This document shows positions 35,901 through 47,622 of a stretch of DNA of 64,000 nt, piece after piece. The stretch's first letter is position 1, and each line of letters starts with the position of its first letter. The stretch spans positions 4,092,001 to 4,156,000 of the forward strand of contig JAWMAR010000070.1 in NCBI GenBank assembly GCA_036785375.1. The letters are read 5' to 3'. Under the pieces are notes generated by a model, which saw only the letters and a program-made list of their open reading frames with translations, was not told the DNA's origin and searched no databases. Source of the DNA: Leucoraja ocellata. Lineage: Eukaryota. The position numbers were made by a program, and so were the translations under genes.

Positions 35901-38900
35901 TGGCTGATGTCTCTTCCCCTCTTCACCCCATTCTCTTGCCTTCTCCCCATAACCCCCGACACCCTGAAATCCATGCACGTTCTTTAATTAACATCAAGAT
36001 TAAAATGATAATATTATGGTCCATTTGTCAATACTTGGTTGCTGGGCTCCAGCCACAGATTTCCCATTGCTGGTGTAGGCCAGCTTCCCTGCTAGAACTG
36101 CCTCTTATGTTTACACAGCTTGAAAATAGGTTTGCAGTGACATCAGTCCAAGCATTTTCACTTTCCATCATCTCCACATGACAGACACTCAAATATGGGA
36201 AGGGAACAGAAATTATCAGTAAATGTGGCCGCAGTTACCTCATAGAATTAACTCCTAGGTGGAATTCAACAGAGTTAAGAAATTGAGTGGGCAGACTCCC
36301 CTGTACATTATACTCTAATGTATATGTTTGTGAAAGGCTAATTTTGCTCTTCAATTTATGAAAGATTTTTCCTTCAGTTTCAGGTGCACTGTGGGCGGAG
36401 AGTGATGTAAGAGGGGTTGTGGGAAGAGCGATCACAATCGATTGTCACTATGCAGCAGTGTACCGCTCACACACAAAATACTGGTGCCGTGAGACAAGTC
36501 GCCAGTGTACACATGTAGTGGAAACAAATGGGAAACATGGACAGAACGGAACAGTGTCAATCACAGATAACCCGGCCCGAGGAATATTTACTGTGACTGT
36601 GGAGGATCTTCACTCTGGAGATACAGGATGGTACAGATGTGGAATTACTACACCTGGCGAACCAACATTTAAAGTATATCTCCAAGTATCTGAAGGTAGG
36701 TTTCTCAGTGAGTGACTTGATGTCTCCACTTTGGCAACGGGAAAACATTTGTTAGGTGGGAGTCTGGTGCACAGTTCTGGTCGCCGCTTTATAAAACAAA
36801 AGATGTGAACGGTTTGTAGAGTTTACAGAAAAATGTTCACCGGGATATTTAGTAATAGTTTATAAATGTAACATTGAAACTGATCCTTCGGCCCACCGAG
36901 TCCTCACCACCTAGCGATCACCGGTCACACTAGTTCTATGTTATTCCACTTTCCCATTCGCTCCCTACACACTATTCTACAATACCGCCATTCACACACC
37001 TCATTAGTGCAACAGTATCACTATCAACAATTTTATGCAAGGAAATTAAAAAGTTGTTGATACTGTTGCACTAATGAAGTGTTTGAATGTTCAGATTAAA
37101 AGCAGAGTTTCAGATTAAAAGAAGATTAACTGCAGATGCTGGAATTGTAAAACAAAGAGAGATGGTGCTGCTGTGTACTGGTACAGTGGCAGACATGGTA
37201 GTTCTGGCGGCTGGGAGGATGGAGAGACACAGAGATGTATAAATCTGGTAAATTGATTGTGAGGAGAAGGAGCAGGGAAGACTTACAAGAATGTTGCGAT
37301 GACTTGAGGGCCTGGTATACAGGGAGAGGTTGAGCAGATTAGGGCTTTATTCCTTGGAGCGCAGGAGGATGAGGGGTGATTTTATTGCAGGTAAAAAAAT
37401 CACGCGAGTTTAAAATAAAATTGGACCCCAACACAGAATTGATTATTTTTGGAACAATGGAAGCCGGCTCTAAGCTGATTTCGTTCCAAAATTCTCTCCT
37501 TAACCACGGCTTGATAACAGCAAAAAAACGTAAACTCAAATTCTTGAACAACGAACCCACCCCCACGCTTAAAATGTGGATTTCAAGCATGTCTGAAATG
37601 TTACACCTCTAAGATATGAGATTCGTCTTAGCATGTAAAGCAGACCAATTCCTAAAGATTTGGTCTCCTTTTATCGACTTATTCCAAGTACATGGTGCAA
37701 CATAACCCTGGAAATTAACTGTTTCAGAACTGGGTGAGGGGTGTGGAAAGACATGAAGCAGGTATATCCCTTCTCCCTTTTATTCTTTTTCTGTTTTGTT
37801 TTCTTATTATTTTATTTTATTTTCTATTTTTTATTTCTATATACTAATTAATGTATTTATTTTTCGGTGGGGGGGTCACGTTTTTTTGCGGCTTTATATC
37901 TTTACGGGTTCTTTCTATCTATTCTTTCACGAACTATCAATATCACTACTTTACTTAACTTTCTCTCTCCTTCTCTTTTTTGCTTCTGTTACTTTTCTAT
38001 TAATAAATTAAAAACAAGAAGTTGTACACGAAATGTAAAATGTAAAACACGGTTTATACTACTGTACATTGATTCTAATAAAAATATTTATTAATTTTTT
38101 TTAAAAATCACAAAAATCACGCGAGGCATAGATCGAGTAAATACACAGTCTTTTGCCCAGAGTAGGGGAATAGGGAACCAGAGGACGTAGTTTTCATATC
38201 AGGGGGGAATGATTTAACAGGAACCTGGCGAGTAACGTGTTTACACAAAGGTTGGTAGGTCCATGAAACGAAATGCTGACGGAAGTAGTTATGGCAGGTA
38301 CTATCGTAACATTTCAGAAAATATTGGACAGTTACATGAATAGGATATGTTTAGAGGGTTAAGGGCCAAGAAAGGACATGTGGAACTAGTGTAGATTGGG
38401 CGTGTTGGTCAGCGCGGGCAAGTTAGGCCGAAGGGCCTGTTTCTATTGTATGACTCTACGAATCTATGTAGATGGGATGGGTCCGACAGTTATATAAACA
38501 ATGCTCCCTTTTTCCTGCTGGCAATTCCTGAAATGTAAAAGAGAATCGAAGATTGTCCGCTCTGTGGTCAGTATTCATCACCATGTTATAGGAAAGATGC
38601 TGTCAAGTAAGATTGGGTGCAGAGAAGATTTACAATGATGCTGCCATGACTTGAGCGCCTGAACTCCAGGGAGGGATTGAGCAGACTAGGACATTATTTC
38701 TGGGAGAGCAGGAGGATGAGGGATGATCTTATGGCAGCTACAAAATCACGCGACGAATAGATCGAATAAATGCACAGTCTCTTCCGTTTGGAAGCTTATG
38801 GGCTAAGCAAGGGCAGGTGGAACTAGTGTGGATGGACATGTTGGCCTGCTTCTACACTATAAGCCTCGATGACTTTAAGTAGATGGATGAGTCAGATTCC

Positions 38901-41900
38901 AAACTGGCGGCTCTAGCGAAGATACAGAGATGGTGGATATTGGCGAGTGTTTGATTTTCAGATGTTCACCCATTGTCTGACTGTTTGCTCCTTTCCCACA
39001 GAACCCGTGTCTGTTCCTGTGCTTGGGTGTCTGTCTCCAGCCGATGTCTCCTGTCTCGGGGGCTCAGTATCAGTGTCCTGTGAGTCGGTCCGGGGATCCC
39101 TTCCCATTAACTACACCTGGTATGAAAAGACCCCATCTGGGGATTCAAAGATCTCTGACAACAATGCCCTGGATCTACATTGTCAATCCTTCAAACACCA
39201 GCACCATCAATATTATTGCACAGCCTCAAATCAACGTGGATCAAAATCCAGTGAAATGGTCAACGTGTCCATCTCCAGCAGTGACGTGCCCTGCAGTTTC
39301 CTGGTGATAATCAACGGCACTGGTAAGTAGTGATGGGAATGGGGAGAAGAAGGGGAAGTGGGGTTGGGGTGGTTCATAAAACCACATGTGATAGAAGCAG
39401 AAATAGACCATTCAATCATGGCTGATGTATCTTCCCCTCTTCACCCCATTCTCCTGCCTTCTCCCCATAACCCCCGACACCCTGAAATCCATGCACATCA
39501 TTTAATTACGTTATCAAGATTAAAACGATGGAATTATGGCCCATTTGTCAATACTTGGTTGCTGGGTTCCAGAAATAGATTTCCCAGTGCTGGTGTAGAC
39601 CAGCTTCCCGGCTAGAACTGCCTCTTGCGTTTACACAGCTTTAAACTAGGTTTGCAGTGACATCAGTCCAAGCATTTTCACTTTCCATCATCTCCACATG
39701 ACCGACACTCAAATATGTGAAGGGAACAGAAATTATCAGTAAATGTGGCCACAGTTAACTCCTAGACGACGGTATCGCATTTGGGTCACTGTGTTAATGT
39801 TGACCATTCAGTACTATCAATACTCATCCCACTTACCAGCACCTCGTCCATTGAGACAATTCAGGTACCTCTATCTTCTCGGTTTAAAAATATTTATTTA
39901 TACCCTTCAAACATCCTGCTCCTTAACTTACCCATATGTTCTCCACTTTTACACATATCTGTCATGTAAAATGTTCCAAAAATACCCTGCTGCTCATAGT
40001 TTTGCACACCTGTAATAGATCCCCCCTTCCTCACCTGTTCTGCATGGAACTTTATAAAACCCCTAAAATTTACAGAAGCCAATTAACCAACACACTTGCA
40101 AGAGTTCAGACTGTGGGGAAACTGGGGCACTTGTAGAAACCCCACGCGGTCACAGGGAGGAGGTACAAATTCCGTGCAGACAGCATCCGTGGTCAGGATC
40201 GAACCCGTGCCTCTGGCTGTAAGGCAGCAACTCTGCCGCTGCGCCACCGTGTCATCTACACCTGGAGCCAGAGTTGTTACCAGCACTCCTGCTTGTCATG
40301 ATAACATCTCCCATTTGCTGCAAATCACACAGAAGAAGCATTGCCCTGTCTGTTAAGCCTATCAACTCCTTGCATCGGAAAATCAAAGCTACTTGTTAAA
40401 CTGCAAGTGAAAAGCAGTGAAACTGACTTTTATTTCCTTGTTCCAACAGGTCTTGAATATTATTGTGAAAATTCGATACCATCCAATTACTCTGCAAGGT
40501 AAAATGCTCTGTTTCCAATGAAAGTTACAATGTACTAATTGTTGGTGTTTTGATTGGGGAATGCTTTAATTGGGAGAAAGTTGCGCCTTCCTTTCACTGG
40601 CATTAAATGCGTGAGAGTGTTGAGCCACAGTCTCACAACGCCACGACATTGGTTCATTAGGAGCTGTCTGTGCGTGGTCTGCATGTTTTGCCTTGAATTG
40701 TGTTGGTTTCATTCAAGTGCTCCAGTTTCCTCCCAGCTCCCAAAGACGAGCCAGTTGTAAATTGCCCCATGTGTACAGGAGAGTGGCTGAATCTGTGAAG
40801 AATTGGTGGGGTGGGGGTGGGGGTGGTAGTTGATGAGCAAGTGGGGGAAATGAAAATAGGATTGACACAGGAATCATGTGAATGCAGTTGACGGAAACGG
40901 CCTGTTTCTATACTGTGTTTCTCTATGGGTCTTTGATCCAATGAACCTAAATGTCACGAAGCACAATTGTTGTACAAGTTTCAAGCCTGATACCAAATAT
41001 AAACGTATCTATTAAATATTCTTTAATAAAATAAATATAACTTACAAACCAGTTATTAGTTAACTCATCAGAAGGGGAATCGCATTGGTTTACATCTCAT
41101 TGTGTTGTGTACATGCTTGGATGATAAGAACAAGTTCCTCCATTTGATGCTTTTCAGAGAGCGCTCCCTGCAGTATTCAACATGATTGCTACATCACTCA
41201 CCTCATCCGAATACAGCAAAATGAGTTAACTGACTCTCTCTTACTCGTTGATACTTGAAACCATTAAATATTCAATCATAATATAGTCATGAAAGTGGGA
41301 ACGTTTTGTTGTTTATCTTATCACAATTCAAATAGATCTGACTTTCTATCACACTCTTGTGTTATACTTGCGTTAGCAAATGTTCATGAAAGCCACTCCG
41401 TTATGAGCGAACCTTTAACCGATTTTTCGAGCACAATTCCTCCATCCACACACCTACCGCGTTGATCCACGAAGTATCCAGGGTGTGAGATTAAGTAAAA
41501 TCATTTTTTAATTAACTTTATTAATTGGCCTCATCTGTTTCCATTTTTATTGCCTCATCTCCCTTCCATTATTGGAATTGATCCGTTTTTATTATTCATG
41601 TCTATCCAAATGGATTTTATTATAATCTTCCTTGCAGCTGCATTTTCTTTCTTCCAGGGTATCACACTGTTCTTTGTATCCTTCCACATCCACAGTTCCC
41701 TCTCCCGTGACTCTCGGTCTGAAGAAGGGTCTCGACCCGGAACTTCACGCATTCCTTTTCTCCAGAGAGATGCTGCCTCTCCCGCTGTGTTTCTCCAACA
41801 TTTTGTGTCCATCTGTTTTGTATTCACTGTCCCAACTCATGACTTATTTATCTGTCTTCTCTGAATCCATTTAACCGCGTAGTCTCTCATTCCCAGTCTT

Positions 41901-42897
41901 GTAGCCATGCCCCAACAATGACGTCAACAATTGGTGATCATATGTTGTCCCCCCCCCCCCGCCTCCCCCCAGTCCAACTCCCGTTCTTTTCCAAAGATGG
42001 TCTCCACTGACGCTGCCGCTTCGCCGCGCTCCACTTCACCAAGATTATGAAGCAAATAACAGGTAAATGCTTCAAAGATTAACCGTCTCGTTTCCTCCCA
42101 TTGACTCCGTATTTCTTGCCCTTTGCCCAGTTATATCTCATGGGAAGTGGGGCGCTGGATGTTTTTTCTCCTGCTTGTGATCTGGAGTATCTCAACCGCG
42201 GTGTTCACAAGAGGCTCTAAGGTAGGTTTTATTGTCATCATGTTCATAAATTATAGGAGCAGAATTAGGCCATTCAGCCCATCATATCTAATCGGCCCCC
42301 AATCACGTCTGATCTATCCTTCTCTCTCGATCCCATTCACCTGCCTTCTCCCCGTAACCATTGACATCCTTATTTATCAAGAAAATGAAAATCTCCGCCT
42401 TAAAAATATCAATTAATTTGGACAGATACGAAAATGCTGGAGTAGCTCAGCGGATCTGGCAGCATCTCCGGTGTGAATTAACTTGGCCTTCACAGCCTCC
42501 TGTGGCAATGAAATCCATAGATTCACCAGAAGGGATTCGCCCAAAGCAATCCCTTCTCTTCGCCGAATGTTTCCAAACGGTTTCCATTAATGCTTTCATA
42601 TATCCTGTCCATCAATAGAAACAATAATCGTGCATGTTTTCATATCCTGAGGTTAAACCAAATCTCTATGTAGATGATATTACGAGTTTCTGTCACGTTG
42701 TACGCGTGCAGGGTGGGTTTCTTTGTCCGGTGTGGGTTCGTTTGCATTGGATTAACTAATTCGTGGGTTAGCATCTTGCAGACAGCAATGTGTTGGGAGT
42801 GGTCGGGTCAAATAAAGCGTGGTTCCCACTGTCCGTCTGTCTGATGACTTCACATTGTCTTTTGCAGAGACGCGATGACTCAGAACCTCGCCACTAG
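25333..42897 (+). CDS. Gene B: CD300/pIgR-like (MDIR-type) receptor, L-V-V-V-C2-V-C2-V-C2-stalk-TM-tail, ~948 aa if all major exons are used
   Basis: Leader 25333-25381. V1 27636-27956, V2 28557-28877, V3 29492-29812, C2a 31309-31629, mini-exon 31708-31770, V4 32841-33158, C2b 35485-35805, V4' 36378-36695, C2b' 39002-39322. Stalk 40450-40498 and 41997-42062, TM 42131-42221, tail 42868-42897 (RRDDSEPRH*). All boundaries are canonical and in frame. Confidence 0.88.
26911..26979. repeat. (AAT)23 microsatellite, the L2 tail; also 47554-47622, and an interrupted copy at ~8824-8873
   Basis: Directly visible; it accounts for the poly-N and poly-Y ORFs in the track. Confidence 0.97.
32718..39765 (+). 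repeat. Internal ~3.5 kb tandem duplication of the V4-C2b module in gene B
   Basis: 32718-36258 and 36255-39765 are colinear copies. The junction aactcCTAGgtggaattc fuses post-C2b intron sequence to pre-V4 intron sequence. Confidence 0.95.
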
Positions 42898-45800
42898 ACC
42901 CACGAATTACAATGAAGACTCCTACCTTGCACCATCTTAATTTTTGCCAACTCTTCCAAGGTTTCTTTCGTCAGCTTCGAATTATTGTTTTAACCTTTGC
43001 GTGGTTTCTGCTGCTCCAGAGATTTATTCTCTGTTAAACTATATTGTAAGCATACAATTTCCTGGATTTTCTTTTCACAGATTAATGAATAATAATGCAA
43101 CAGAATGCTTCTTAATAAATGGTTGTTGTCAATAAACGGTTTGTCTAATTTGTTTTGTTTAGACTGCTGGATATTTCTCTTGTTGACAAACATCAAAGGC
43201 GATTAGGGAAGGCATTCAATTAATCTTTCAGACTGTGCTATCCCATCAGACCAAAATTACGCAACGGCATTGTTCTGACTATTAGCCTTATTTTTCTCTG
43301 CACAGACGCTGACTGACGCGCTAAGCACATCCAACATGTGCAGATTTCATTGTCGATATGCAACTAATTTTTAGGTAGGAAGGGACTGCAGATGCTGGTT
43401 TAAACTGAAGATACACATAAATTGCTGGGGTAACTCAGCGTGACAGGCGGCATCAGTAGATAGATCGGGTAGGGGTAGGCAGACTGGGGGGCGGTGTTCA
43501 GCGAAACGATTGCTGAGCCTGCGATTGTTCTCGCTTCTCGGCGATCGTTTTGCTGAACACCTCCGTTGAGTCCGCCCCTACCTGATACCCCGGTCGCTAA
43601 ACACGGTAACTCCTCCCTCCCGTTCCCACACTGACATTCCTGTCCTGGGCATGCTCCATTGTCAGAGTAAGTTGCCGCATAAATTGGAGGAACTGCACCT
43701 CATGTTTCGCTTGGGTTGGTTACATCCCAGCGGTGTGAACGTTGACTTCTCTAACTTCAAGTAACTCTTGCATTCCCTCTCAATCCACACCCCCCCCCCC
43801 CCCCCCCCCCCCCCCCCTTCCCAGTTATCCGATCAGTCTGACGGTCTCCGACTACGTTTTTATCTCTAATTACTTTATTGTTACCTTCTCCCAGCTAACA
43901 ATGACCTATTCTACATTTCCTTTGATCTGCAAACCCTTTCTCCCGTTTTCACACCTTACTATTCCTTAACCCTCTCCCCTGACTTTAATCTGAAGAAGAG
44001 TCTCGACCCGAAACGTCACCCATTCCTTTCATCCAGATATGCTACCTGTCCCGCTGAGTTACTGTGTTACATTGTGTTGCTTTCCTTGGTCTGACTCGTG
44101 ACTGTAGCCCCGCCCATGAAATAACTATGAAGGATGTTGTTTGCGAATATAAAATGGTGACCTGCAATAACAGAGTAGCCGCCATAAAGTTCGGTTTACA
44201 TACAGTAAGCGGGGGGACGCGGAAATTAGACCAGAGACTGCTTTGAACTCACAAACCCCCAGGTCAGGGATAGCAGAGGGGTGCTGAATAGCCAGAGATA
44301 CTTGCAGATTCTGTGGTCACATTGATGCTGCATGGCCCGTTCAAATTGAGCTTGTTAATGGTCTAATGGGAGGAATGATCTTGAGTTGGATCATTTCCCC
44401 ATTGCAGGACATCCCAAAGTGCCTCTCAGATAATGAGAGATAAATGGTCTGAGATGCCACAGATCTACACAAAATACTGGAGCAACTCCGCGGGAAGGGC
44501 GGCATCACTCGAGGGAAAGAACGGGTGACATTTCGGGTCGATGCCACTGTTGTGTTTAGCGGTGGGTGCTGACTTGCAATGTACTTTAATCTAATATGAT
44601 CAAACAGTCATTTCTCCCTTTACACTGAATTGTTCTGCAGTGCTGACACTTTGCTCGCGCTGCTGAAACAAGGGTGTGTAGATTCGTATCTCTGAACCGC
44701 ATCTTGCGAGCAGCTCGGTGTAACACTGATTGCTGAGCAGTGTTTGCAGAAGTCATGGGTCAATGGCGAATAAAGACAGGATTAAATTGTTTTGCTGCAT
44801 CGTCGGTTCCTCTCTGCAGTGTTTTAGTTGGGCAAGTAAACAGGAAATAGCTCCCAACAAAAGATCATTTACTGAGGGTCGCCAGCGCTCAGCTAACATC
44901 AGTGGCGAACACATCAGTGTGTTACACCGATACCACGTGATACACAACACTGCCACTGACGGACACAACCCGAATAAACTGCACTGTTCCCCTGAAAGTA
45001 ACACATCCAGAACGATAGCCCGCAGCAGATATTAAGTCATATTATAATGCAACTAGTTGCCTACAGAATGAAATCGTTGCAAGCAGATGTACAAAATCAA
45101 CCAATGGAATGTACATGACCACAACTCTGATAATTTATTAGCACTTGTGAAGAAGACAAGTTAACAATTCAATTCACCGTGCATATTCTACCTTGCTTTA
45201 ACTTCACTAAGTGTATCACTTCAGCAATATGCCAAAACAAAAGTTCCATGTTTTTGGTCTACCGGTCCACTTACAAAATCATCAAATGGGAATGATCCGG
45301 AAGTGTACACATCTTAGACGTTTTTACTCTTCTTTCTTTTTTGTTTATTTTATTAGAAGTTAATACAGTACAAAACAGTACAGTGGAACCTAATTTTTAC
45401 TCTTCTAAATGTCATATTTTATACACGTATCATTGTTTACACGAAGGGTCCCGACCCGAAACGTCATCTATCCATTTTCTCCAGAGGTGCTGACGGGCCC
45501 GCAGAGTTGCTCCTGCATTTTTTTTGTCTGTCAATATTTCCACCACAGTTCAGTGTTAACAGACTCTGAGTACAGAGTTAACCGCCGCTCCATCCTTACG
45601 GATACATCACACTTGACGAAGTGGCTGAAGCAGCTGCAATAACAACATGGAACGGGCACTTGGCCAGGTCCATGGATAGGGTAGGTTTGGGGAGATATGG
45701 GTCGAGCGTGGGCAAATTTGACTAACTTAGATGAGCATATTGGTCTAACGAGTTGGGTAGAAGGGCCTGTTTCCGTGACGTATGACTCTGTGATCATCTG

Positions 45801-45995
45801 ACCCAACCATTGCTAGATATACCCCTGAGCCTTTCACACTACATCGTGTCGAGCTGCTGCTGGCTCGCTGTGGTTCACGATCTTACTTCCTGTTCCCTTC
45901 TAAGTCATTGCTATTTGAGAGACGCGGTGGTCTCTGAGAGCTCAGAGCTGAGCGACGGACAGAAAAGTGCTGGCCTTGTCACTGTGGATAAAATA

Positions 45996-47551
45996 ATGTG
46001 GATTCCCATTCTTCTCATCTCCTCGCTGCCGGGTGAGTGAAAGCCAGATCCTGATATTCCAATGATCAATGTTAGTTGGGGTCCCGTGCACCCTTTCCAC
46101 AGCAGAGATGGTTAAGTGTGTGTAGACATGTAATGGGCGAGATGGAACTCAGTGCATTGTGGTGATGGATCTGAAATCACATTTGAATATCTAGACAATG
46201 TTCGTAGTTTAACCACCGCTAACACGTGGTCTAATTGCATCCTGATGGTAGTTTATAGGCATAAAATAACGAATGTATTTGGAGCAGATATTCCAAGACA
46301 CCTGGACCGAAGGACAGAGGTTCCAGCATCACCAGGAAGTTAATTCTACACTAACAAAATGTGTTTACAACAGAGGTGGAAGTCACGATTGTGGACGCAT
46401 TGTGTCAGTTCAAATATTCCCTGCATTTGTCCATCTCAACTCTGTCGCAAACCCAACAATTCCCCGGAGTCTGAGACTGAACCACTGTCCTCGCTCTATC
46501 CACCCACTCCCAACACTCTCTCCATCCGCTCTCGGATCCGCGGCCCAGTCGTGCTGAAATTCAAGTTCAGTTTATTGTCACGTGTACAGAGTTACAGAGA
46601 AAAGCATTTTGTTGCGTGCTAACCTGCCGGATACATGATTACAATCGATCCTCTTACAGCGCATAGATACATGAATGGGAAATAACGTTTAGTGTAAGGT
46701 AAGGCCAGCAAAGTCCGATCAAGGGTAGTCCTAGGGTCCCCAAAGAGGTAGATAGTTCAGCACTGCTCTGGTTATGGGAGGATGATTCCGATGTCCGATA
46801 ACAGCTGGGAAGAAACATTCGTCGAATCTGGCGGTGTGCGTTGTCACGCCACTAACGCTCTCCGTTAATGGACCCGCTTTATTGTATCTCGTCCGTCCTC
46901 TGTCCATAGTCAGGGCGTTGGAAAGCATTGGCGGCGGTGAATGTCTAAACACGGGTCGGCTTTCCGCGTCCGGGTGGGACTCGAGAAGCACCAGGCGCTG
47001 TCCACGGGCACCTGGGGGATTTCCGGCACATCTGGGCACCGCCTGTGGTTGAATACACCCTTGACAAGTATTGTAACATAGTTGTATAGTAGTTTATGTA
47101 GTATATTTGTTTGTCTTGTATTATGGTGCTGGGTTCTCGTTTTATTGTAGTGTAAATATTATTTTTAATAATTGAATAAATAATTTGATAATTAAAAAAA
47201 ACACGGGTCCGGCCCAGTGTCGGTTGAGAGATGAATGTTGGCAGCGTAGCCGGCGGCACCGTCAATTAAATAGCAAAGTGGGGTCTTTCTGTGGGGTGAG
47301 ATGCCGGGCACCGCCTGGGATTGTTGAAAGGCAGCTCCTGCAACACTACCGCGCTCCCTCAGTACCGCACTGCGATCCCAGCCCAGTTTCTGCTCAGGGA
47401 TCTGGAGTGGGAAGTGAACCCTAATTGTACTGACCCGGGAACAGAACACTGACACAACTGGTACAATAACAGCACTGCCTGCAATTCAGACCGGAGACAT
47501 TGGCCGTGAAGCAATATGACACATCATGGAACGATTTAAGTTTTCTTTCAT

Positions 47552-47622
<71 letters not shown>

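Noticed and set aside
7250-42897. Calling these genes PIGR orthologues
   Set aside because: C2 domains, a charged TM and a very short tail do not fit pIgR; only family-level similarity is supported, so no symbol is given.
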